In this document: positions 38,666-47,508 of the stretch, one piece after another
How positions within the stretch are numbered: position 1 is the first letter of the stretch
How the letters are laid out: each line of letters starts with the position of its first letter
Assembly: GCA_965221775.1 (NCBI GenBank)
Contig: CBDCSU010000005.1
Coordinates: 1 to 64,000 of the forward strand
Direction: 5' to 3'
Source: Candidatus Latescibacterota bacterium
Lineage (GTDB): Bacteria; Latescibacterota; UBA2968; UBA8231
DNA: 64,000 bases
Translations under genes and position numbers: made by a program
Notes under the pieces: model-generated
What the model was told of the DNA's origin: nothing
Seen by the model: only the letters and a program-made list of their open reading frames with translations
Database searches by the model: none

Positions 38666-40161
38666 TCGGCGCCTCCCGCCGCCGCCTCTGCGGCCTGCGC
38701 CCCGACCCGCGGACCGGTGAAGGAGCGGAAGTACATGGGCCGCCGGAGATCGTCGACACAGCCGGCGTCGAGGTTGTCGACGCCGGCGTCCTCGAGGAAC
38801 CGGGCGATGAGCCTGGGCACGCAGCCGTGGACCGAGGCCCCGTGGGCGGCGCCGGGCACGACCACGTGGAGCGAGTTCGACAGGTGCCGGGCCACCGACT
38901 CGCCCCAGCGCGGCGGCGTCACCGGGTCCAGCCGTCCGGACAGGACCAGCACCGGCTTGTCGGAGACCACGGGGTCGTGGTAGCCCGGGGGCAGCTCCCC
39001 CCGGGGCCAGAAGTCGCACACCGGCCCCCACATGTCGAGGACCGCCGGGCCCAGGAAGGGCTCGGCGGCGACCCCGCGGCGGTCCTCCTCGGTCAGCCAG
39101 GCCACGTCCTCGGCGCACAGGACCGAGAACAGGAGGGGCACGTTCATCTCGCTCACGCCCTCCATCAGCGGCTCGGAGAGGGCCAGCAGGGGCGCGTAGT
39201 CGCCGCCGTGGGCGCGCTCGATCACCAGCGGCAGGAGGCGCGTCGTCTCGGCGTCGTACAGGGCCGCGCGCAGGAGGAACAGGACGTGCCGGCGCCCCAG
39301 CTCCAGCTCGACGACCTGCCCGGTGCGGGGGTGGGGCACCGCGACCTGCTCGGGGGCCTCCTCGAGCCGGGCGAGCAGCTCCTCGTAGCGGCTCCGCACC
39401 CGGGGGAAGGCCTCGGCGCAGTCGGGGTCGGCCTCGCAGTCGGCGAGCATCAGCTCCACCGAGCGCCGGGCGTCCTCCCCGATGTGCAGGGGCATGCGCA
39501 TCCCCGTGGGCGCGACGCCGTCGAGGACGACGGCGCGCACGCGCTCCGGGTGGCGGCGCAGGTAGACCAGGGCCGCGCGCGTGCCGTACGACCCCCCCCA
39601 CAGGTTGATCCGCTCGTAGCCGAGGGCGCGGCGCACGTCGTCGAGATCGTCCATCGCCGCCGGGGTGGTGTACCGACTCGGGTCGGCGTCGAAGGACTCC
39701 AGGCAGCCGCGCAACTGCTGCACGGGGAGGTCCAGGTCGAAGCTGAAGTAGGTGGAGTCGGCGTCGATGTCGTCGCAGCGGAGGGGGCTCAGGTCGCCGG
39801 TGCCGCGCTGGTCGACGAGGACGATCTCCCGGCGCTCGCGCACCCGGCGCAGGCCCGCTTCGGCGACGCGCGCCAGGGCGCTGGCCGGCATCCCCGGCCC
39901 GCCGGCCAGGAGGAAGAGGGGGTCCGGCGCCGCCCCCCGGCCGAGGGCGGGAAGGACGATCACCTTCAGCTCGATGGTGCGTCCCCGGCCGGACTCCCTG
40001 TCCTCGAAGACCTGGAGACGGCCGCACTCGGCGCCGCTCACGTCGACCTCGTCGGAGCAGGGCCGCAGCTCCAGGGTGCGCTCCGCGGCGCCCACGGGAG
40101 CGGCGACGAGCAGGGCCGCCAGCAGCGCCGGCAGCCGTCTCGCCGGGGTGGGCCGCGACAC
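38662..40161 (-). CDS. Secreted TAP-like (S33) alpha/beta peptidase
   Basis: Signal peptide, LAGGPG, DQRGTG, GGSYGT, DPVTPP, HG. Confidence 0.88.
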   Translation of the reverse strand: MSRPTPARRLPALLAALLVAAPVGAAERTLELRPCSDEVDVSGAECGRLQVFEDRESGRGRTIELKVIVLPALGRGAAPDPLFLLAGGPGMPASALARVAEAGLRRVRERREIVLVDQRGTGDLSPLRCDDIDADSTYFSFDLDLPVQQLRGCLESFDADPSRYTTPAAMDDLDDVRRALGYERINLWGGSYGTRAALVYLRRHPERVRAVVLDGVAPTGMRMPLHIGEDARRSVELMLADCEADPDCAEAFPRVRSRYEELLARLEEAPEQVAVPHPRTGQVVELELGRRHVLFLLRAALYDAETTRLLPLVIERAHGGDYAPLLALSEPLMEGVSEMNVPLLFSVLCAEDVAWLTEEDRRGVAAEPFLGPAVLDMWGPVCDFWPRGELPPGYHDPVVSDKPVLVLSGRLDPVTPPRWGESVARHLSNSLHVVVPGAAHGASVHGCVPRLIARFLEDAGVDNLDAGCVDDLRRPMYFRSFTGPRVGAQAAEAAAGGAE

Positions 40162-40163
40162 GC

Positions 40164-41597
40164 TCAGCGCCAGCCGCGCTGTCCGGAGAGGCCGCGGTTC
40201 GGCGCCGGCCTCACGTCGCGGTCGGGCTCGCCTTCCAGGCGGCCGCCGCGCACCCAGCGCTCGTCCGAGCCGTAGAGCTCGCCCAGCAGCCGGCGCGTGA
40301 GGTCCTCGCGCACGCCGGCGTGGGCGGGATCCTCGGAGAGGTCGCGCATCTCCATCGGGTCCCGGTCGACGTCGAACAGCTGCAGGCGGTTGCCCACGGG
40401 GTACCAGATCAGCTTGTGGGAGCCGCAGCGGACCATGCGCATCGACTTCTCGTCCTCGAAGTGCTCGCAGTAGAGGTGCTCCCGGCGGCTGTCGGAGACC
40501 AGCGACAGGCCCTCCACCGTCTCCGGCGCCGGCAGGCCGCACAGGTCCAGAAGGGTGGGCATCACGTCGCGCAACTCGGCCAGCCGGCCGTCCCGCCGGC
40601 CGGGGCCGCCGCGCTCGCAGCCGGCGGCGGGCATGAGGATCATGGGGACCTTCGCCGACCACTCGAACATGGGCGGCTTCGCCCACAGGCCGTGGTGGCC
40701 GAGCATGTCCCCGTGGTCGGAGGTGAACATGAGGATGGTGTCGTCGAGGAGGCCCTCCTCGCGCAGGCAGCCGACGAGCAGCCGCAGCTGGTGGTCGATG
40801 TAGGTGCACTGGCCGTAGAAGGCCTGCCGCGCCAGGCGGATCCCGGCCTCGCCCATGGGCTGCACCTTGGCGTGGTGCAGGCGCAGGGCGCAGGGCAGCC
40901 GCTCGGGCTCCGCCGCCCATTCGGCGACGACCGGATCCTCGACGCCCAGCCGCTCGTAGAGGTCGTAGTACGCCTGGGGCGGCACCACCGGCGGATGGGG
41001 GGTGATGAAGGAGCAGTACCAGAAGGCCGGGCGCGTCGGGTCGCGGCGCTGGATGGCGCGGCTCATCTCGCGCACCGTCCAGTTCGTCGGGTGGCAGTGC
41101 TCGGGCAGGTGCCAGGGCCGGGTGGTGTAGACGTTGTTGCCCATGGCGTGGGTGAGCTCCTGGCCGGGGTAGCCCTCCTGGCGCAGGAAGCGCTCGAAGT
41201 CGTCGTCGTCGCCGCCGAGGTGGTGGCGCCCCTCCTCGCAGAGGATGACCTCGTCGAAACCGATGCGGTCGCGCTGCGGATAGACGTGCAGCTTGCCCAC
41301 GGCGTAGGCCTGGTAGCCGTTGTCGCGGAAGACCTGCGGCATGGTCGGCAGGTCCGGGCTCATGGGCCGGCCCTCGTCGAAGACGCGGTCGCCGTGGGTC
41401 CGGGCCGTGGTCCCCGTCATCAGCGCCCGCCGCGCCGGGATGCAGGTCGGCGTGGCGGTGTAGGCCTGGGTGAAGAGGGTGCCGTTGGCGGCCACCTGGT
41501 CGAGGGTGGGCGTGAGGATGCGCTCGTGGCCGGCGGCCCCCAGCAGGGGCCCGGGCCAGTGGTCGGCGCAGATCAGCAGGACGTTGGGCTGCGGCAA
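40164..41597 (-). CDS. Cys-type sulfatase
   Basis: PNVLLICADH, CIPARRALMTG (CxPxR), GKLH, PHPP, FTSDHGD. Confidence 0.93.
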   Translation of the reverse strand: MPQPNVLLICADHWPGPLLGAAGHERILTPTLDQVAANGTLFTQAYTATPTCIPARRALMTGTTARTHGDRVFDEGRPMSPDLPTMPQVFRDNGYQAYAVGKLHVYPQRDRIGFDEVILCEEGRHHLGGDDDDFERFLRQEGYPGQELTHAMGNNVYTTRPWHLPEHCHPTNWTVREMSRAIQRRDPTRPAFWYCSFITPHPPVVPPQAYYDLYERLGVEDPVVAEWAAEPERLPCALRLHHAKVQPMGEAGIRLARQAFYGQCTYIDHQLRLLVGCLREEGLLDDTILMFTSDHGDMLGHHGLWAKPPMFEWSAKVPMILMPAAGCERGGPGRRDGRLAELRDVMPTLLDLCGLPAPETVEGLSLVSDSRREHLYCEHFEDEKSMRMVRCGSHKLIWYPVGNRLQLFDVDRDPMEMRDLSEDPAHAGVREDLTRRLLGELYGSDERWVRGGRLEGEPDRDVRPAPNRGLSGQRGWR

Positions 41598-41611
41598 GAG
41601 ACGCCTCCCCC

Positions 41612-42601
41612 CTACTCCTCGGCCACCATCTCGTCGTAGAAGGCGACGAGGTCGCTTCGGTTCTCGGCGTTGAAGGCCATGCCGGAGCGCGGGTGCTCGT
41701 TGAGGATCCCCGTGACCATGTACGGATGGTCGTAGCCCCACATCAGCTCCTGGCGCATCGGCTCGATGTGGTTCTGGATGCACTCGAGGACCGGGCGCAG
41801 GTGGTACTTCGGGTTGTGCAGGAAGCTGAGGAGCAGCTCCAGCTGGCAGTTGCCGGCGCCCCGCCCGAGGCCGGCGACGCTGGCGTCGAGGAAGTTGGCG
41901 CCCTTGATGATCGCCTGCACGGTGTTGGCGAAGGCCAGCTGCCGGTTGTTGTGGGTGTGGATGCCGACCTCCTTGCCGCTGCCCCTGGTCACGGCGAGGA
42001 ACTTCTCCACCAGCGCCTCCACCTGCTCCGAGTAGAGGAACCCGAAGCTGTCGACCACGTAGATCACGTCCACCGGCGACTCGACGAACAGCTCGACCGC
42101 CTCGTCCAGGTCGCGCTCCTGCACCTTGGAGACGGCCATGAGGTTCACCGTCGTCTCGTAGCCCTTGTCGTGGGCGTCCTTGATCATGCGCAGGGCCAGG
42201 GGGATCTGGTGGATGTAGGTGGCCACCCGGATCATGTCGAGGACGCTCTCCTCTCGCGGCCGCACGTCCTCCACGTAGTCGCTCTTCTCGGCGTCGGCCA
42301 TGGCCGACAGCTTGAGCCCCGTGTCGTTGCCGCCGACGATGCGGCGAACGTCCTCCTCGGCACAGTGCTTCCAGGGTCCGAACTCGTTGACCGGGAACTG
42401 TTTCCGCGAGTTGATGTAACCGATCTCCATATAGTCGATGCCGGCCGCCACGCAGGCCTGGTACACGCCCCGCACGACATCGTCGTCGAACTGGTGGTCG
42501 TTCATCAGCCCGCCGTCGCGGATCGTCGCGTCCAGGACCTTGATCTCCTCCCGGTACGAGATCCAGCGCTCGGCGGCGGTGTGCTCCTCCCGCTCCGTCA
42601 T
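41612..42601 (-). CDS. DRE-TIM metallolyase (4-hydroxy-2-oxovalerate aldolase/HMGL-like)
   Basis: LDATIRDGG, VDSFG, GIHTHNN, GLGRGAGN; ATG at 42601. Confidence 0.85.
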   Translation of the reverse strand: MTEREEHTAAERWISYREEIKVLDATIRDGGLMNDHQFDDDVVRGVYQACVAAGIDYMEIGYINSRKQFPVNEFGPWKHCAEEDVRRIVGGNDTGLKLSAMADAEKSDYVEDVRPREESVLDMIRVATYIHQIPLALRMIKDAHDKGYETTVNLMAVSKVQERDLDEAVELFVESPVDVIYVVDSFGFLYSEQVEALVEKFLAVTRGSGKEVGIHTHNNRQLAFANTVQAIIKGANFLDASVAGLGRGAGNCQLELLLSFLHNPKYHLRPVLECIQNHIEPMRQELMWGYDHPYMVTGILNEHPRSGMAFNAENRSDLVAFYDEMVAEE

Positions 42602-42785
42602 CTCTCTTCCCTGCTGTGCCTGGTGGTTGCCGAATGCGGTCCGCGGCCCGTCTTGCGGGTCGTCCCGCGGGCTGAGACGGGCCTGGGCCCAAAGGGGCCC
42701 GGACAGCGCGCCAAAGGTCGACACTCGAGGCCGGTGGCGCCAGTGCCGGCGCCGCCCGGCGTGGGCGCCATGGGCGAAGTTGTGC

Positions 42786-42834
42786 TTGACACCCCGGTCC
42801 TCCCCTCTATCTTCGTGGGTTTGGCATGCCAAAC
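42786..42834 (+). promoter_or_regulatory. Sigma-70-like promoter followed by a perfect 16-bp palindromic operator
   Basis: TTGACA-N16-TATCTT (42786-42813) and GTTTGGCATGCCAAAC (42819-42834). Confidence 0.7.
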
Positions 42835-42896
42835 TGATGCATGGATTATAGATCATCCGGTTGGTGTCAGAATCACATGTATTGCTCAGATTCCGA

Positions 42897-44171
42897 ATGA
42901 TGGCCCGGCCAACCAGGGGTCCTGCGCGGGGCTCCTCGACCGCGGCCGTGGCCGCTCTCCTCTGTCTGGTGACGGTCCGCGGCTCGGCCTCAGGCGAGTC
43001 CCCCGGGGAGACGCCCTTCCAGCTGAGCGGGTACGGCGAGATCAACTACTGGCGGTTCGACTACGGCCCCGACCAGAAGAGCCGGCCCGAGGGCTCGGCC
43101 CCCGACGACCGCGCCCTGATCGACGTGACCCGCCTGGCCCTGGAGCTGGAGGTCGAGCTGCTGCCCCGGGTCGAGCTGGAGGCGGAGGTCGAGTTCGAGC
43201 ACGGGGGGACCGGCGGCGCCATGGAGCTGGAGTACGAGGAGTTCGGCGAGTTCGAGCAGGAGGTCGAGAAGGGCGGCGAGGTGATCCTGGAGGAGCTGTA
43301 CGTGAAGCGCTCCTTCGGCGATCTCCTCGAGCTCGGCGCCGGGCACTTCTACGTCGCCGTGGGGTGGATCTCCAGCCTCTACCAGCCCCTCGATCACTAC
43401 GGCACGGTGCGCCCCGAGGCCGAGACGGCGGTGATCCCCGCCCTGTGGCACGAGACCGGCGTCGAGGCTTCGGGCCGCCTGCGGCGGTGGCGCTGGCGGC
43501 TGCAGCTGATCAACGGACTCGATGCGACCGGTTTCAGCTCCCAGCGGTGGGTCGCCGGCGGCCACCAGCTGCGCTTCGAGCAGGTCCGGGCCGACCGCCT
43601 CGCCATGGTGGGCCGGGTGGACTTCGAGCCCGTCCGCGGTGCGCTGGTGGGCGTCTCCCTCTACCGGGGCGACAGCGCCGGCAACCGCCCCAAGCCGGAC
43701 CTCAAGGGCACCGATGCCCACGTCACCATCGCCGAGGTGCACGCCCGCCTCGACCGGGACCGCCTGCGGGCGACGGGACTCTTCCTCCGCGGGCATCTGG
43801 AGAACGCCGCCGCCGTGAGCGCCCGCAACCGCACTCTCTCCAACAACCTCGAGGTGCTGCGCAGCCCCGTGGCCAGCGCCGCCCACGCCCTCTGGCTCGA
43901 GGCCGGGTACGACATCCTGCCGTGGCTGGCCGCCCGCCCCGGCGAGCGCCTCGACCTCTTCGCCCGCCTCGACGACTACGACACCATGGCCGAGGTGCCG
44001 GAGGGGTTCTTCGACAACCCCCGGTTCGACCGGCGGGTGTACACGGTGGGCCTCAACTACGCCGCCGCCGGCAAGCTGGTGCTCAAGGCCGACTACGCCA
44101 TGCGCCGGCTCGGGGCGGCGCGTTTCAACGACGAGAACACCCTGGGCCTGGCCCTCGGATTCCAGTTCTGA
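42897..44171 (+). CDS. Outer-membrane beta-barrel protein associated with iron uptake (start approximate)
   Basis: Signal-like N-terminus, E.EFEHGG.G...E.E..E.GE.E.EVEKGGE motif, amphipathic strands, C-terminal LGFQF. Confidence 0.8.
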   Translation: MMARPTRGPARGSSTAAVAALLCLVTVRGSASGESPGETPFQLSGYGEINYWRFDYGPDQKSRPEGSAPDDRALIDVTRLALELEVELLPRVELEAEVEFEHGGTGGAMELEYEEFGEFEQEVEKGGEVILEELYVKRSFGDLLELGAGHFYVAVGWISSLYQPLDHYGTVRPEAETAVIPALWHETGVEASGRLRRWRWRLQLINGLDATGFSSQRWVAGGHQLRFEQVRADRLAMVGRVDFEPVRGALVGVSLYRGDSAGNRPKPDLKGTDAHVTIAEVHARLDRDRLRATGLFLRGHLENAAAVSARNRTLSNNLEVLRSPVASAAHALWLEAGYDILPWLAARPGERLDLFARLDDYDTMAEVPEGFFDNPRFDRRVYTVGLNYAAAGKLVLKADYAMRRLGAARFNDENTLGLALGFQF

Positions 44172-44202
44172 AGCAGACTCACCTCAAACGGGAGAGCATC
44201 CC

Positions 44203-45276
44203 ATGGCACATCGCCTGATCCACCTCGCCCTCACGGCGGCCCTCGTCCTCGGTCTGGCGGCCTGCGGCGACGACGACGACGACGTCGTCGGCCCCGGCAG
44301 CGAGGCGTACGACTTCGGGCCGGTCCTGTCCGACTTCACCAACAACGTGGTCATCCCCACCTACCGGGACCTCGATGCCGCGGCGGGGGCCCTGGCCGAT
44401 GCCGTGGCCGCCCTGCGGGAGAACCCCGGCGACGCCACCCTCACCGCCGCCCGCGACGCCTGGGTCGCCGCCCGCATCCCCTGGGAGGCGAGCGAGGGCT
44501 TCCTCTTCGGCCCCGTCGACTTCAACGGCTACGATCCGGCCCTCGACAGCTGGCCCGTCAACCGCACCGACCTCGACGGCGTCATGGCCAGCGACAACGA
44601 CCTCGGAACCGAGTACGTGGACGGCCTCGACGGCACCCTGAAGGGCTTCCACACCATCGAGTACCTGCTGTATGACGAGGGCGGCAGCAAGACCGCCGCC
44701 GATTTCACCGGGCGCCAGTTCGACTACCTCGTGGCCAGCACCCGGCTCCTGGCGCAGACGGCGGAGGCCCTGCACTCCAGCTGGGTCCCCTCGGGCGGGA
44801 ACTTCGGGGCCAAGGTCATCGAGGCCGGCTCCGGCAGCGACGTCTACCCCTCGCAGCGGTCGGCGGCGCAGGAGATCGTCAACGGCATGGTCGGGATCTG
44901 CGACGAGGTGGCCAACGGCAAGATCGCCGATCCCTTCACCGAGCAGGACCCCCGGCTCGTGGAGTCCCAGTTCAGCTTCAACTCCCTGGCCGACTTCCAG
45001 AACAACATGCGCAGCGTCTGGAACGCCTATACCGGCGACTACGGCGGCAACGACGGCCGCGGCCTCGACGAGTTCGTCGCCTCGCGCGACAGCGCTCTCG
45101 ACAGCCGCCTGAAGAGCGAGATCCGGGCGTCGATCGACGAGATCGGCCACATCAGCAACCCCTTCCGCGACGCCATCGCCACCGACGCGGCCCAGATCGA
45201 GACGGCGCAGCAGGCGATCGCCAAGGTGCAGCAGACCCTCGAGGGGGATGTCCTGCCCCTGGTGCTCGCCGAGTAG
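44203..45276 (+). CDS. Imelysin-family (M75/IrpA-like) iron-regulated lipoprotein
   Basis: Lipobox LAAC, WE.SE.FLFGP, LDSWP, GFHTIEYLL, ES.FS.NS. Confidence 0.9.
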   Translation: MAHRLIHLALTAALVLGLAACGDDDDDVVGPGSEAYDFGPVLSDFTNNVVIPTYRDLDAAAGALADAVAALRENPGDATLTAARDAWVAARIPWEASEGFLFGPVDFNGYDPALDSWPVNRTDLDGVMASDNDLGTEYVDGLDGTLKGFHTIEYLLYDEGGSKTAADFTGRQFDYLVASTRLLAQTAEALHSSWVPSGGNFGAKVIEAGSGSDVYPSQRSAAQEIVNGMVGICDEVANGKIADPFTEQDPRLVESQFSFNSLADFQNNMRSVWNAYTGDYGGNDGRGLDEFVASRDSALDSRLKSEIRASIDEIGHISNPFRDAIATDAAQIETAQQAIAKVQQTLEGDVLPLVLAE

Positions 45277-45281
45277 AGGGG

Positions 45282-46688
45282 TTGGTTGTTCCCGGGGGGC
45301 GGCCATCGGGCCGCCCCTGGTACGCCGGCGCCCTCCTGTTGCTGGGCGCCTGCGGCGACGGCGGCCCCTCCGGACCGGAGCCGGACCCGGCTGCGGACAA
45401 GGCCCTGTCCGGGGGGGCCGCCACCGTCTTCGACGCCGCCAGCACCGCCTTCGAGAACCCACTGCCCGGTCTCGACGGCGAGCAGTTGTCCCGCTTTCTC
45501 GACGGGGACGCCGACTTCGAGGCGATCTTCGTCAGCGCCCCCGCCGAGGTCAACGGCGGCCTCGGTCCGGTCTTCAACCAGACCTCCTGCGCCGGCTGCC
45601 ACGGCCGCGACGGGCGCGGCCGCTCGGGGTTCGGAGCGACCTCGCCCTTCATCGGCTCCTCCCTCATGCGGGTCAGCCTTCCCGGCGCCGGCTCCGAGCA
45701 TCCAGGCGCCCCGGCGCCGGTGCCGGGGTTCGGCGTGCAGATCGGCGACCGGGCGATCTTCGGGGTCACTCCCGAGGCGCGCGTGGAGGTGAGCTACTTC
45801 GAGGAGCAGGGCCGCTTCGACGACGGCGGGACCTACACCCTGCGGCACCCGACCTACCACATCATCGACCCCTACACGGAGTGGCCCGCGGGGGTGCTCA
45901 CCTCGGCGCGCATGGCGCCTCCCGTCTTCGGCCGGGGCCTGCTGGCGGCGGTGGAGGAAGCCGAGATCCTGGCCCTCGCCGACCCGGGGGACGCCGACGG
46001 GGACGGCGTCTCGGGGCGCCCCAACCACGTCTTCGACGTGGCCGCCGGGCGCACGGTCCTCGGCCGCTTCGGGTGGAAGGCCAACAACCCCACCCTGCTG
46101 CAGCAGGTGGCCGCCGCCTACAGCCAGGACATGGGCATCACCACCCCTTACTTCCCGCGCGAGTCGGCCGCCGGCCAGCCCCAGGCCGACGGCCTCACCG
46201 ACGACCCCGAGCTGCCCCGGGAGATCCTCGACGACGTCGTGTTCTACATCGCCACCCTCGCCGTCCCCGCCCGTCGCGGCCTGGACGACCCCGAGGCCCT
46301 GCGCGGCGAGGAGCTGTTCGAGACCGCCGGCTGCGCCACCTGCCACGTGCCCACCCTGCGCACCGGGCCGGACGAAGTCGCCGACCTGTCGAACCAGGTC
46401 ATCCATCCCTACACCGACCTGCTGCTCCACGACATGGGGGACGAGCTGGCCGACGACCGCCCCGACTACGAGGCCGACGGGCGCGAGTGGCGGACGCCGC
46501 CCCTGTGGGGCATCGGCCTGACGGCGACGGTGAACGGCGTCCCCGCCTACCTCCACGACGGCCGCGCCTCCACCCTCATGGAGGCGATCATGTTCCACGG
46601 CGGCGAGGGCGAGAAGTCGAGAGAGGCGGTGAGGCGGATGAGCGCCGCGGAGCGCAAGGCGCTGATCGCCTTCCTCAACTCGTTGTAG
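45282..46688 (+). CDS. Di-haem oxidoreductase family (DUF1111) lipoprotein
   Basis: LGAC lipobox, CAGCH and CATCH, GRFGWKA, TDLLLHDMG, LHDGRA. Confidence 0.9.
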   Translation: MVVPGGRPSGRPWYAGALLLLGACGDGGPSGPEPDPAADKALSGGAATVFDAASTAFENPLPGLDGEQLSRFLDGDADFEAIFVSAPAEVNGGLGPVFNQTSCAGCHGRDGRGRSGFGATSPFIGSSLMRVSLPGAGSEHPGAPAPVPGFGVQIGDRAIFGVTPEARVEVSYFEEQGRFDDGGTYTLRHPTYHIIDPYTEWPAGVLTSARMAPPVFGRGLLAAVEEAEILALADPGDADGDGVSGRPNHVFDVAAGRTVLGRFGWKANNPTLLQQVAAAYSQDMGITTPYFPRESAAGQPQADGLTDDPELPREILDDVVFYIATLAVPARRGLDDPEALRGEELFETAGCATCHVPTLRTGPDEVADLSNQVIHPYTDLLLHDMGDELADDRPDYEADGREWRTPPLWGIGLTATVNGVPAYLHDGRASTLMEAIMFHGGEGEKSREAVRRMSAAERKALIAFLNSL

Positions 46689-46776
46689 GCTGGGAGGATC
46701 AGCGCCGCTCGGGGCGTGATCCCGAGCCTGGGCCAGGGCGGAGCGTGCTCCCGCCGCGTCTGCAGGGCCCGCGGTG

Positions 46777-47508
46777 TTACCGGGGCGGCAGGGAGACGCG
46801 CAGGTGGCCGGGAGCCCCGAAGTGGGGCGAGGCCTTCAACCCGAGGCCGAGGAACAGCCCCTGCCGCGCCCAGAAGACCAGGGGCCCCGCCTCCGGGGTG
46901 CGCAGGTCCACGCCCCGCGCGTAACCCCGCCCCGGCGCGGGGAGGGTATCCGGGCCCCTCGACTCGGGAAGCCCCGGGGAGCCGTACTCCCACGGGGCGC
47001 GGGCGACGCCGGTGACCACCACCTCTCCTCCCAGCCGCGCGATCCACAGGGACAGCCGCAGGGTCGGGTGCAGGCGCTCCCACTCGCCGCGCAGCTCCAG
47101 GGTCCGGAACCCCGCCTCCGGGAAGTGGGTCACCGACAGGCACCCGGCGGCCACCAGCAGGATGGGGACCGCCGCCATGAGCAGCAGGGCCCGCCGCGGG
47201 GAGGGCAGGCCGAAGGCCAGGCAGAGGGCTCCGGAGAGCGCCAGACCTCCGGCCAGCAGCCCGCCCGCCAGCGCCATCCACTCGGCCTCCGGGTAGCGCT
47301 GCAGGATGGCCAGCTGCACGCGCCCGGTGACCACCAGGGCCGCCGCCAGTCCCAGGCCGAGGCGCACCAGGCACCCGGGCAGGCGGGCCAGCGCGACGAA
47401 GGGGGCCGCGCTCCGGCGCCGCGCCGGCGGGGCCGGGTCGAAGCCGCGGGCGGATCCGGCCTCCGGGAGCTCCCCCGGGGCCGGACGCACCTCCTCCACG
47501 GCGCTCAC
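46777..47508 (-). CDS. Membrane protein with a degenerate M15/DD-peptidase-like domain
   Basis: 3 TM segments then LHPTLRL...VVTGVAR...GVDLRT...GHLRVSL; GTGA overlap with the upstream gene. Confidence 0.55.
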   Translation of the reverse strand: MSAVEEVRPAPGELPEAGSARGFDPAPPARRRSAAPFVALARLPGCLVRLGLGLAAALVVTGRVQLAILQRYPEAEWMALAGGLLAGGLALSGALCLAFGLPSPRRALLLMAAVPILLVAAGCLSVTHFPEAGFRTLELRGEWERLHPTLRLSLWIARLGGEVVVTGVARAPWEYGSPGLPESRGPDTLPAPGRGYARGVDLRTPEAGPLVFWARQGLFLGLGLKASPHFGAPGHLRVSLPPR

